DNA of 64,000 nucleotides from Polyangiaceae bacterium (GTDB lineage Bacteria; Myxococcota_A; Polyangia; Polyangiales; Polyangiaceae): NCBI GenBank assembly GCA_965222375.1, contig CBDCTZ010000009.1, positions 160,001 to 224,000 of the forward strand, read 5' to 3'. Shown piece by piece: positions 1 to 8,902 of this stretch (position 1 is its first letter; each line of letters starts with the position of its first letter). The notes under the pieces were generated by a model. It saw only the letters and a program-made list of their open reading frames with translations, ran no database searches and was not told where the DNA came from. The position numbers and the translations under genes were made by a program.

Positions 1-913
1 CCAGTCGCCCGTTGTCTTCACGACGAGTTCACTGAAGCTTGGCACACGAGTCTGACCAAACAAGTCTTCGTTGGTTTCCTGTTGCAGTACCGTCGGCAGT
101 CGGTCCAGCGCGATCGCGTCCTGTGCCTTGCTGCGAGGGGAACTGGTTGTGTAGCCCACCGGAGCAACCTGCGCGTGACGGATGGCAGCGTCATACCTGG
201 CCTTTGTCGATTGGTAGTTCGTGACAGCCATCCCTGGCGATCGCTTGTGCAGATGTCCGGAACGATAATGGTAGAGTACATCACGCTGCGCCTGGAAGTA
301 TGCGGAGGACACCCGGCCTGCGTAGCCCGCAATCATCTCGTGAGCCAGCGTCGCCTGTTGGTGATACGTCTTTGCCTTGCCTCCCGTGGACAACCTCACG
401 GACGCGACCGCCTTCCTCGCGTCGGCCCACCATTGGGTCGACTTGGTCTGGGTTAGGTACATGTGAAAGTTCTCGTGCATGAACAACCCAAATACAGCAG
501 CGTCGCCGCGGCGAAGTCGTTTTGAAGCGTCCGTGCTCATGGTTGCCATTTGATTTATTGCTCGCTGATTGAACCCAAGCTTGAATCGCGACTGCGCGCC
601 CCATCCTCCATAAGGTACGGTCTGACCCCGGTTCTTAGTTCCGGGAAGAACAAATGTCTCTCGAATAGCTGCTCGTGTCTTCTGTGTTCGCGCAGTGGAG
701 TGTCCGAGCTTTATGAGCGCGATCTCAAACGTGTCCCAGGCGTCCGACTGCGTGTACGGGGTGTCCTGCAGTCCAACTGGGTCCACGTTCTTCAGTGCCC
801 TCCCGCGAACATATGCGTAACCGTTTGCGTCGGCTTGCCCGGGCGCGTGAACTTCCAACGGATCCGCACTCACCCACCGCTGCAAATTGGTGCTCAAGAA
901 CCGCTTCCCAAAG
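1..913 (-). pseudogene. Orphan (displaced) Rhs C-terminal tip B: end of Rhs core plus putative zincin metallopeptidase toxin; runs off the window start
   Basis: Manual translation of the minus strand from 912 is open to position 1: FGKRFLSTNLQRWVSADPLEVH...YAYVRGRALKNVDPVGL (Rhs core end, DPxGL cleavage motif), then ~255 aa containing FMHENFH (HExxH) and a later AHEMIA. No Rhs body upstream. Confidence 0.85.
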
Positions 914-924
914 AAAGTGGTCTC
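897..924. other. Element/toxin junction (attR-like), core CCAAAG 908-913
   Basis: agaaccgcttc-CCAAAG-aaagtggtctc. The right side continues into ~160 bp shared with 8397 onward; the left side is Rhs-core coding sequence. Confidence 0.8.
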
Positions 925-1109
925 TGACGCAAACGTCGTACGCGCAGCTCCGATTTGTCGGGCGCGTTCGGCAGCTTAGAAACTCAACGACCTGATGCGA
1001 GGTCCCGCTCTGCGGCGAAAATCCCCTGACGCGTGTTTGAGCTTACACGCGCTTCTTCGTCGACGCGAGACTGGGTGCGCAGACGCGTTTTGAGACGTGA
1101 TTCTGGCGG

Positions 1110-1418
1110 CTAAGTGGAGAAGTCGGGTTGCTTCTCGCCGATGGCATTCCAAAGCGTGATGACGCCGACCACGCTGCGGGCCTCGTCAACATGGAAGTAC
1201 ACAAAGTTCCGCGTCTTCGGCATCAACACGCGCCAGACTAGCTGTCCTCGCACTTGCACGTAGCGCTGCGCCCCGACCGTGGGAGAGGTGCGCAACCTCG
1301 CCACGACAGCACGCAGTTCCTCACGGAAGAGGTCGGGCGCCTTGTCCCGGTGCGCCTCCCACCACTGTCGTTTGTCTTTTGCGGCCTCCCGCGCTTCACG
1401 GGAGAAGTGGACGATCAC
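1110..1418 (-). CDS. RelE/ParE-family type II toxin
   Basis: 102 aa, MIVHFSREAREA...WRVLMPKTRNFVYFHVDE...VITLWNA, typical RelE/ParE layout, directly downstream of a small acidic gene. Confidence 0.75.
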   Translation of the reverse strand: MIVHFSREAREAAKDKRQWWEAHRDKAPDLFREELRAVVARLRTSPTVGAQRYVQVRGQLVWRVLMPKTRNFVYFHVDEARSVVGVITLWNAIGEKQPDFST

Positions 1419-1420
1419 GT

Positions 1421-1660
1421 TCAGCGCTCGAGTTCCGCGAGCACTTCGTCGGCGTCGACGACTTCGCCGCGCTCCAATTGCCCGAGACCGCGTTCAATTG
1501 AGCGATGCAACTCGGCGCGCTCCTTGTCGCTCAGCGAATCGCCCTCGGAGTTGCACAGATACACGGTCACGGGCATGCCATTGGTGAGTTCCGCCGGTTC
1601 GTCGAGGACAATCTGCCCGTTCTTCACATGTGCTTTGAGCGCGTTCACGAGAGGGAGCAT
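1421..1660 (-). CDS. Putative antitoxin
   Basis: Small acidic protein ending ...GLGQLERGEVVDADEVLAELER, 2 bp upstream of the toxin. Start could be ATG 1660 or GTG 1648. Confidence 0.7.
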   Translation of the reverse strand: MLPLVNALKAHVKNGQIVLDEPAELTNGMPVTVYLCNSEGDSLSDKERAELHRSIERGLGQLERGEVVDADEVLAELER

Positions 1661-1855
1661 AGCACCTAGCCGCCCGTTGTCGGGGCCGCTTGCAACAAGG
1701 TCGCATCGCGTGGGGGCGGGCGGGCGCACCACGACGCCACGAGGTCAGCGCGGCGGGGCGGGGCCGCCGCGCTGACCGGGACGTCATCGCAGGCACCAGC
1801 GCGTGCAGTGGGGCGTGCACGCGACGCACACCGGGGAGCGCAGCCCCCCAGCGCG

Positions 1856-1885
1856 AGGAAACATAATTCTCTTGTTATGTTTAGC
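1856..1885. other. dif/cer-like site (XerD-like arms, 8-bp spacer)
   Basis: aggaaacataa-ttctcttg-ttatgtttagc, an AT-rich island in GC-rich DNA. The right arm resembles the E. coli XerD arm TTATGTTAAAT. Confidence 0.6.
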
Positions 1886-2014
1886 GAGCGAGGGCACCCG
1901 GCGGCGTGGGGCTTGCCAGACGTCAGCTACAACCTTTCGGGGTAGCGACCATCGGGGGCGTAGGGGCGTAGCCCCTGACCCGCCCACCGCAGGTGTGCAA
2001 GCCCCATGACGCCG

Positions 2015-2049
2015 GGCGGTGCGCATAAGGCTGCCTTATGCGCACCGCC
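2015..2049. repeat. Perfect 35-bp palindrome containing two XerC-type arms
   Basis: ggcGGTGCGCATAAggc-t-gccTTATGCGCACCgcc; GGTGCGCATAA equals the E. coli dif XerC arm. Confidence 0.75.
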
Positions 2050-2104
2050 GAGCGAGCGACTCGCGCTGGGGGGCGGAGCGGCAATTGCGTGCACGCGGCG
2101 ACCG

Positions 2105-3208
2105 CTACTCGTCGTCCTCGCGGCGCTGCGTGGCGGCTAAGGGCGAGGAGCATTTCTCTGCCGTAGCCGTCTGCGACGCCCTCGGTGGCCGTGATGGCTC
2201 GCGACGTCCCGCCGTCTTGGCCAGCGGGCGCTCTGGCTGCGCCGTCGGGTGCGTCGCCGCGTGGATCGCTTTGAGCTTGCGGATGCTCACTCGCGTGTAC
2301 ACCTGCGTCGATTCCAGCGACGTGTGCCCCAGCATTTCCTGCACGTAGCGCACGTCGGCGCCTCCCTCGAGCATGTGCGTGGCCATCGCATGCCGAAACA
2401 CGTGACACGCTCCACGCTTGCCAGCTTTGCGCACGTAACGCCGGATGTTCTGCGACAGCCCGGGGGGCAACAGCGCCTCGCCCATGTTCGTTAGGAAGAG
2501 GGCGCCGGGATCGGGCATCACCATCAGCTCGGGGCGCACGTCGCGGATGTAACGCTTCGCCCAGGCCAGCGCTCGCTCTCCCACCGGCAACATCCGATCT
2601 CGCTGCCCCTTGCCCTCACGCACCATCAGCGTCCCACGCTCCACATCCAAATCGCTCAGCCTGAGGGCGGTCACTTCGCTGCGACGGATCCCCGTCGAGT
2701 ACATCAGCTCCAAAATCGCCCGGTCTCGCACTCCGAGCGCTGTGGCGGTGTTCACCTGGGACAGCACTTCCTCGACTTCTTCTGCGCTCAGCACATCCCG
2801 GGGCAATCGCTGCGGCAGCCGTGGAAGCTCCAGCTCGCTCGCAGGATTCGAGGGCAGGGCGTTTTGCTTCACCATCCACCGAAAGAAGCGCCGCACCGCC
2901 GTCAGCATCACGTGCTGCGTCCGAAACGACATCTGCGGGCCTCCGTCCGGCCGCCTGAGCAGGTACAAATGCCTCTGGTAGCGCTCCAGCATCGGCTTCG
3001 TGAGCTGCGACGGCCGATACAGGTTGCGGGCCTCGCACCACTGCACGAAGCGCCTCAGCCCGATCTGACGGCTCTCCACCGTGTGCGCCGAGTAGTTCCG
3101 CGTCTGCAGCCACTGCAAGAAGCGCTGCGACCAAATCCAAAACCCGTCCGGCTCGTTTGGATCACCAATCGGACGCGGGGGCTGCTTGTTGCCGCGCTTG
3201 ATCGGCAT
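2105..3208 (-). CDS. XerC/XerD-like tyrosine recombinase (element integrase)
   Basis: 367 aa with N-terminal SAM-like region and catalytic motifs RDRAILELMYSTGIRRSE, GKG, HVFRH, LGH, TQVY. Confidence 0.93.
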   Translation of the reverse strand: MPIKRGNKQPPRPIGDPNEPDGFWIWSQRFLQWLQTRNYSAHTVESRQIGLRRFVQWCEARNLYRPSQLTKPMLERYQRHLYLLRRPDGGPQMSFRTQHVMLTAVRRFFRWMVKQNALPSNPASELELPRLPQRLPRDVLSAEEVEEVLSQVNTATALGVRDRAILELMYSTGIRRSEVTALRLSDLDVERGTLMVREGKGQRDRMLPVGERALAWAKRYIRDVRPELMVMPDPGALFLTNMGEALLPPGLSQNIRRYVRKAGKRGACHVFRHAMATHMLEGGADVRYVQEMLGHTSLESTQVYTRVSIRKLKAIHAATHPTAQPERPLAKTAGRREPSRPPRASQTATAEKCSSPLAATQRREDDE

Positions 3209-3211
3209 CGC

Positions 3212-6200
3212 TCAGCGCCCCCGTGCTTGTACGACGCCACTTGCGTACGACGATTGTGACAGACCGTTCCCGCGACGTGCGTTTTTGCCGCTCGCGGCGT
3301 TGCGATCACCATTCGAGCTGTTTTGCTCCTGCGCCGCCCGGTTTTCACCACCCCGACCACCCCCCGACCGGGGGCCGACCAGGGGCCGACCGACCCCCGC
3401 GAAGTTGGGGTCCGACCCCCGCGAAGTTGCCCCGGACCCCCGCGAAGTGTGCGTCGTAGACGACGCGTCGAGTCCTTCCGCATCGACGAGACCCGCAAGC
3501 GACGTGCCTGCGCCCTCCTCGCTGCTCCAACACAGCTCGTACACGTAGCTTTGACCCTGACGCCCACGATGCACCAGCACGTACTCCAGCTCCGCCAGCC
3601 GCCCCAGGTGCACCTTCAGCTGCGTGTCGCCCCAGCCGCTGTGCTCTCGCAGCTCTCGGCGGCTAAATCGATAGTCGCACCGGTCCAAGCCGAGCCGCTT
3701 CGTCTCCTGGGCGACCAGCGCGTCGACGAGGCCGAGCAAGCGCCGCGTTTGCGGCGGCAGCTCGTCCAGGCTCCGGCCCAGCACCTCGCGGGTCAGGCGG
3801 TTCGCTAGCTCGATGTCCTCGCGCGTCACCTCCACATACCTCAGCTTCGCTCCCCGATGCTCCACCTCCTGCACCGGCCGCTGGTACTGGTGCAGCAGCG
3901 CGATCGTCTCGATCAGACCCAGGTACTTCGTGTGATCTCGACGCATCCGTGTTCGATGATCTGGAAACGTCAGCTGCTCTGCGTAGGGATTCACCACCGA
4001 AAGCGGCCTCAAAAGGCGTTGAGCGTTCTGGTGCAGTTCCAGCAGGCGTGCCCGCTCGTGCCGGGTCTTCACTCCCTCCAGCGTCCGTAGTTGTCGCTGA
4101 CGCTCGTGGATCGCTCGCGTTTGCTCCCGCCCCTCGTCCACCGTCAGCACGATGCAGCGGTTGAGCAGCTCTTCGTCTACCTCGATCGCCGTCGTCGTCA
4201 AGAAGATCATCACCGGCCCCTGCACCCGGTACTCCTGCGTCACCAGCCGTCCCGTCGCGGGATCTTTGCCCGTGCTTGCGATGGTGAGTTCGCCTTCGCT
4301 CTGCAGCAGCTTCAGCGCGTAGCTCGCTCGCTCGGCGCCCTCTTCCTCCACGATGGCCAAGATCTTGTGCGCCAGATCGCTCTCGCCCATGTAAAACAAG
4401 CTCTGCCCCGTCATCGCCGAGTACTGCACCCGCTCTTCCTCGGGCATCAGACACAGCACCGCATCCATCAACGAGCTCTTGCCCGCCGCGCTCGAGCTTT
4501 GGATGATCACCGCCAGTGGCTCATCCAGTTTCCGGCTGGTGGCAGCTAAGTAGCCGACGAGTTTGTTCGTTTGCTCGCCCACCACTCCGCAGCGCTGGAA
4601 GTCCTCCAAGATCCGCTCGACCAATTTCGGATCTCGCAGCAGCTCCAGTGCTGCCTTCCGAGCCACATCGCCCATCTGCGCGGGCTTCGCCTCGGCCTCG
4701 GCGGCTTTGCGCTCGGCTTCTTGCCGCTCCTCGAGCTTCAAGAGCACCGCGCCCAGCTCCCGCTTCACCACCCGCTCCTCCAGGCCCAGCTCTGTCGCCG
4801 CTTCCTTCGTGAAGACGCCGCGCTGCCTCGCCGAGTACAGCTCCACCGTGTCCACGTGAAACGCCCCGCCCGCTCGCGAGACGTGGAGGTTCGTGCGTAG
4901 CTGTTCCGGGCCTCCCTTCGACGCCAACCGTACTCGCCAACGTCGATCGCCAAATCGAAACACCAGGTCATCACCCACCACCTCCAGCTCCACGCTCGGA
5001 TTTGCAGCTAAGGAGGGATGGGGTGGGGGCGGACTTGCTGGCGGCTGCTTCGCAATGATCACCACCTCGGCTTCGTTGACTTCGGCAGGCTGTGTGACTT
5101 GTCGCTCTGTCAACTCAGTCGGCTCGGCTGCAGCCGGCCGTGGTTTGCCTTCGCTGATCCACTCCGCCTGACGCAGCGAAAGGCCCAAGCTCTGCGACGC
5201 CGGCGCCACCTTCAACGCGTACTCGTTGGCGTCCATGCCCTTCGGAAACAGCACGCGTGCGCTGCCCACTGACAGCTCCGCCAGCTCTCGCGACAGCTTG
5301 TCTGCTGCGCGATCGCCGGCGTCGTCCCGATCGTAGGCGATGAGCACGCGCTCGACACCGCGCGTCGTCAGCGCCGTGCGCAGCTCATCGGTGAAGCCCT
5401 CCACGCCGTAGGCCGTCGTCACGTTCCGATAGCCTGCGCACCAGAAGGTCAGCGCGTCGATCAGGCTTTCGCAAAGAATCACTTCCCGGGCGTCTGCAAT
5501 GCCGGAGAGGTTCCAGACGCCGCGATGGGGGCCGGGCAAGTACAGGTGCATTGGTGTCCCCGGACGCAGTCGAGGCGTGATCTTACGCCCGTACATCTCC
5601 ACCACCTGACCCTCGGCGTCGAAGACCGGAATGACCAGCGAGCCATTTAGGTGCTCGTGACCGCTCTGTCGGTACACACCGACCTCCGCCAGCCGCCTCC
5701 GTAGCTCTCCGCCCCGGTGGCGGTTCTTCGCTGGCAAACGGTAGCCTAGCGTGCGGTTCGAGAAGCCAAGCTGGAAGCGCTCGATGGCTTCGTCGTTTCT
5801 CAGACCGCGCTTTTCCAAGTACGCCAGCGCCTCCGGGCTCTCCAACAGCGCTTGGTGGTAGTAGGCGACAACCTCGCGCAGCAGCTCGTCGTTGTCCGCG
5901 CTCTGTGCTCCCACCACCGGCAGCTTCCTTGCCGTGCCGTACTTCGGCGGCCGTCGCTTCGGCGACTCTGCAGCTAAGGAGGGTAGGTCCTTACGCAGCA
6001 CTTCCACCGCGTGCCGAAAGCTCACCCCCTCGGCCTTCATCACCCAATCGATCACTGTCCCGCCCGCCTGACACGCTCCCAGGCAGTGCCAGAGGTTCTT
6101 CTCGGGCGTCACCACCAGGCTTGGCTCTCGGTCGTCGTGAAACGGGCACAGCCCGATCAGATCCGAGCCGTGCTTCTTCAGCGCCACGCCCCGCGCCTCC

Positions 6201-6265
6201 GCGAGCCGCTCCACCGAAATCTCTCGCTTCAAAGCCCGGATTTCTTCCTCGCTTACTCTCGCCAT
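3212..6265 (-). CDS. CHC2 zinc-finger/Toprim primase fused to P-loop NTPase (replication protein)
   Basis: CPFHDDREPS...WHCLGAC (CHC2), ESLID and DRDDAG (Toprim), SSSAAGKSS (Walker A-like). Likely start is ATG 6265 (MARVSEEE) after GGGAG. Confidence 0.9.
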   Translation of the reverse strand: MARVSEEEIRALKREISVERLAEARGVALKKHGSDLIGLCPFHDDREPSLVVTPEKNLWHCLGACQAGGTVIDWVMKAEGVSFRHAVEVLRKDLPSLAAESPKRRPPKYGTARKLPVVGAQSADNDELLREVVAYYHQALLESPEALAYLEKRGLRNDEAIERFQLGFSNRTLGYRLPAKNRHRGGELRRRLAEVGVYRQSGHEHLNGSLVIPVFDAEGQVVEMYGRKITPRLRPGTPMHLYLPGPHRGVWNLSGIADAREVILCESLIDALTFWCAGYRNVTTAYGVEGFTDELRTALTTRGVERVLIAYDRDDAGDRAADKLSRELAELSVGSARVLFPKGMDANEYALKVAPASQSLGLSLRQAEWISEGKPRPAAAEPTELTERQVTQPAEVNEAEVVIIAKQPPASPPPPHPSLAANPSVELEVVGDDLVFRFGDRRWRVRLASKGGPEQLRTNLHVSRAGGAFHVDTVELYSARQRGVFTKEAATELGLEERVVKRELGAVLLKLEERQEAERKAAEAEAKPAQMGDVARKAALELLRDPKLVERILEDFQRCGVVGEQTNKLVGYLAATSRKLDEPLAVIIQSSSAAGKSSLMDAVLCLMPEEERVQYSAMTGQSLFYMGESDLAHKILAIVEEEGAERASYALKLLQSEGELTIASTGKDPATGRLVTQEYRVQGPVMIFLTTTAIEVDEELLNRCIVLTVDEGREQTRAIHERQRQLRTLEGVKTRHERARLLELHQNAQRLLRPLSVVNPYAEQLTFPDHRTRMRRDHTKYLGLIETIALLHQYQRPVQEVEHRGAKLRYVEVTREDIELANRLTREVLGRSLDELPPQTRRLLGLVDALVAQETKRLGLDRCDYRFSRRELREHSGWGDTQLKVHLGRLAELEYVLVHRGRQGQSYVYELCWSSEEGAGTSLAGLVDAEGLDASSTTHTSRGSGATSRGSDPNFAGVGRPLVGPRSGGGRGGENRAAQEQNSSNGDRNAASGKNARRGNGLSQSSYASGVVQARGR
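3353..3448. repeat. Phased iteron-like repeats in the 3' end of the primase gene
   Basis: CCGACC at 3353, 3364, 3375, 3386 (11-bp period), then GACCCCCGCGAAGT at 3392, 3414, 3435 (21-22-bp period). Confidence 0.7.
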
Positions 6266-6337
6266 CTCACGCTCCCGCAGAAAAAGGCTGTCAAGTGCAA
6301 AGAGCAACTCGACGGTACTTGTTGACGGGATCATGGA

Positions 6338-6355
6338 TTACATAATATTTTGTAA
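6338..6355. promoter_or_regulatory. Putative operator between divergent primase and XRE genes
   Basis: TTACA-taatattt-TGTAA inverted repeat in an AT-rich divergent intergenic region. Confidence 0.5.
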
Positions 6356-6417
6356 ACGTGCAAGCGCGTAGTCCTCCCCGACCAGGGCTTTGTGAAACCC
6401 ACCCTTACACTCAGGGC

Positions 6418-6789
6418 ATGGGTCGAAAGCTCTCTACCCGCCGTCCAAGGCAGGGCGCCAAGCTTGCCTCGCTTCGCCGCGACGCCGGTCTCACCCAAAC
6501 CGAGCTCGCCCGCCTCGTCGGCGAAAAGCAGCAAACTATCGCCTACTGGGAGAAGAGCAGCAGGCCCCCTCGCTCGGATGTCCTACCCAAGCTCGCCAAG
6601 GTTCTCGGCGTCCGCATCGACGATCTGATCAACGAAAAGCCCTCGCCGCCCAACCAGCGTCCGCGACCGAGCGGTGGAAGAGTGCAGAAGCTCTTCGACG
6701 AGGTTTCCAGGCTCCCCAGGCGCCAACAAGACAAGGTCGTCGAGTTCGTTTCCGCCTTCATCGAGCAATACAAGCGTCAGGCGAGCTAA
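6418..6789 (+). CDS. XRE-family HTH repressor
   Basis: LASLRRDAGLTQTELARLVGEKQQTIAYWEK...LAKVLGV; divergent from the primase-integrase operon. Confidence 0.9.
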   Translation: MGRKLSTRRPRQGAKLASLRRDAGLTQTELARLVGEKQQTIAYWEKSSRPPRSDVLPKLAKVLGVRIDDLINEKPSPPNQRPRPSGGRVQKLFDEVSRLPRRQQDKVVEFVSAFIEQYKRQAS

Positions 6790-7081
6790 CCGGCAGTGCA
6801 AATCTGCACGCCACCATCCACGTCACTGGCTGGCTAATGCGGCCGTTAGGCCAGACGGCGCCGGGGGAGTCCATGCTCGGATCGAGTTCAGCGTGAGCGG
6901 CCGACTGCGTCGATGTTTGGCGCTGCGCCGCAGGCCAACGAAGCATTAGCCAGACTCAATCTGTCGACTCGAGACCGCGCTTGCGCGCTCCACGGCTCGC
7001 CCCGCGCCGGACTCATGAGCGTCCGCCGCGGGGCTGGGAGGCGAGCACACACGGCTTGAGCGAAGGAGGGAACCAAGCTCA

Positions 7082-7447
7082 TCAATGTTCGTCTTCGAGG
7101 CGCTGCCTCCAATTCGCCAGTTCGCGTGCTGCGTCCACATTGTCGTCGCGCGGACTAACAACATTCTCCGCGTCAAGGGCGTTGACGCAAGTGGTGGGTG
7201 TATCGAGAAGCTCGTCTACCCCCTCAGGAACAAACCGGATCTCGTGGTTCCGGTGGCGGATCAGAAACCCCTCAACCACACGTCCGAAAAATTCATCTCG
7301 CGTCCTCCAGCGCTTCTGCTGCGAATCGTACACACCATCCATGGTTGTCTCAGGCAGCTCCGATCCGTCGCTAGAGACGCGATACACCTTCCCAAACGAC
7401 AGGTAGCTTCGACAGTCAAAACAGAGAAGATGGTAGGTGCTAGCCAT
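7082..7447 (-). CDS. Putative immunity protein for Rhs tip A
   Basis: 121-aa acidic protein with CxxC, starting 6 bp after the toxin-tip stop with a GAGG RBS. Confidence 0.7.
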   Translation of the reverse strand: MASTYHLLCFDCRSYLSFGKVYRVSSDGSELPETTMDGVYDSQQKRWRTRDEFFGRVVEGFLIRHRNHEIRFVPEGVDELLDTPTTCVNALDAENVVSPRDDNVDAARELANWRQRLEDEH

Positions 7448-7453
7448 AGTTCC

Positions 7454-8396
7454 TCAAAACGTTGCGTCGAGTCCGTGCTTTGTAATTATCCGGACTGTTT
7501 GGCCTCGTTGGACGAATCCCTTTCTTGCTGCCTCACGATACCCCATCAGCGCCTGGACGTTTGTAAGAGGGCTCTTGCGCAGATCGATGATTGCGTTGGG
7601 TCCCTGACGTAGCGCTTCGTTTATCCTCGTCGCAACCTTCGAAGGATTTGCTGTTGTCAGTTGTTTCAGTTCGTAGCGCTGCCCAGTCTCCAAAACCCTT
7701 ATGTCTGCTCCAGCCTTGCCTTTTCCTGCCAGTTCGACGTTGTAGCCTTTGCTGGAGAAGTATTCGTGAGCAAATGCCCGCTCCCCTGGCGACGCTCTCG
7801 TCAGTTCTCTCACACTGCCCGCGGTTCGAGTAATTGCTCCCGAGCCCGATTGCACCGCATCCGTGCTCGCTTTCCCACCTCGAAGTCCGGCAACCCACTG
7901 GTTCGCTTTCTTCCCCAGGTCGTTGATTTGCTGACCAAGTGACTTCACAAACTTCGGTGCCGCTTTGACGATCTTTGGCGCCGCTCTGATCAGCCCCACG
8001 CCGCTTGTCACCATTATCGACGCGTTGGGATCGGCCACGGTCTTGCATCCCGCATCTCCGCAAAGCGACATTCCGGCAGCCGGCCCGCTCGACAACACCT
8101 GCGCCGTACCGACCACATCACGTATGGCTTTTCCGTCGGTAGCTCGCGGCACCTGCGCCGTCGAACTCGGCGCCCCGCGCGCGCCTGAGCTCGGATCTGG
8201 CGCAACTGGATCGTCTGTAGTGCCGGGACACCCGCCCGACCCCTCGTTCGGGCACAGTCCCACCGGGTCAATCGCCTTCAGCGTCTGTCCGCTCACATAG
8301 GCATACACGTTCAAGTCCGCCCCAAGCCCGTGCACCGTGAGCGGATCCGCACTCACCCACCGATTCAAGTGCGTGCTCAAGAAGCGCTTTCCAAAG
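7454..8396 (-). pseudogene. Orphan Rhs tip A (copy 1): Rhs core end plus PD-(D/E)xK-like nuclease toxin
   Basis: FGKRFLSTHLNRWVSADP...YAYVSGQTLKAIDPVGL, then a variable region ending E...GADIRV...YELKQL...RQGPNAIIDLR. No Rhs body upstream. Confidence 0.8.
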
Positions 8397-8407
8397 AAAG
8401 TGGTCTC
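8380..8407. other. Junction between tandem elements (attP-like), core CCAAAG 8391-8396
   Basis: agaagcgcttt-CCAAAG-aaagtggtctc, with imperfect inverted arms around a 6-bp spacer. Confidence 0.8.
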
Positions 8408-8593
8408 TAACGCAAACGTCGTACGCGCAGCACCGATTTGTCGGGCGCGTATCGCTACTTAGAAACTCAACGACCAGACGCGAGGTCCCGCTCTGCGGCG
8501 AAAATCCCCTGACGCGTGTTTGAGCTTACACGCGGTTTTGCTCTGGCACGAGACTGCTTGCGCCCGCGCACGAGGAGGTGCCTTTTTTTGCAG

Positions 8594-8902
8594 CTAGATG
8601 GGGAAATCTTCTGGTGGCGGGCCAACGGCGTTCCACACATACAGCACGTCGGTTCGCTGGGCTGCCGCATCGACCCGGTAGTAGATGTGATTCTTGGTCT
8701 TCGGCATCAGGATGCGCCACACAAGGTGACCACGGATCACGCAGTAGCGCTGCCGCTCATCATCGGCGCCGGTTCGGAGCTTCATCAGCACGGTGCGCAG
8801 CTCTTCGAGGAAGAGGCCGGGTGCCTTGTCACGATGCGCCTGCCACCAAGCACGCTTGTCTCGGATCGCCTCCTTGGCGTCCGGCGTGAGGCAGACTCTC
8901 AC
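8594..8902 (-). CDS. RelE/ParE-family toxin (diverged from copy 1)
   Basis: 102 aa, MRVCLTPDAKEA...WRILMPKTKNHIYYRVD; homologous to but clearly different from 1110-1418. Confidence 0.75.
   Translation of the reverse strand: MRVCLTPDAKEAIRDKRAWWQAHRDKAPGLFLEELRTVLMKLRTGADDERQRYCVIRGHLVWRILMPKTKNHIYYRVDAAAQRTDVLYVWNAVGPPPEDFPI

Larger units (their letters stand above)
908..8396 (-). mobile_element. Integrative toxin-tip element, copy 1 (7483 bp core to core)
   Basis: Bounded by CCAAAG cores. Contains Rhs tip, immunity candidate, XRE, primase-helicase, tyrosine recombinase and TA pair; repeated at 8391-19113. Confidence 0.85.

Noticed and set aside
2105..3208. Housekeeping chromosomal xerC/xerD
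   Set aside because: Duplicated, coupled to a primase-NTPase and inside a mobile unit, so no gene symbol was assigned.
3353..3448. Short direct repeats as a CRISPR array
   Set aside because: Repeats are 6-14 bp with spacers under 10 bp, lie inside a CDS, and no cas genes are present.
3212..6334. Housekeeping dnaG or a prophage
   Set aside because: Fused NTPase domain and mobile context argue against dnaG; no structural phage genes are present.
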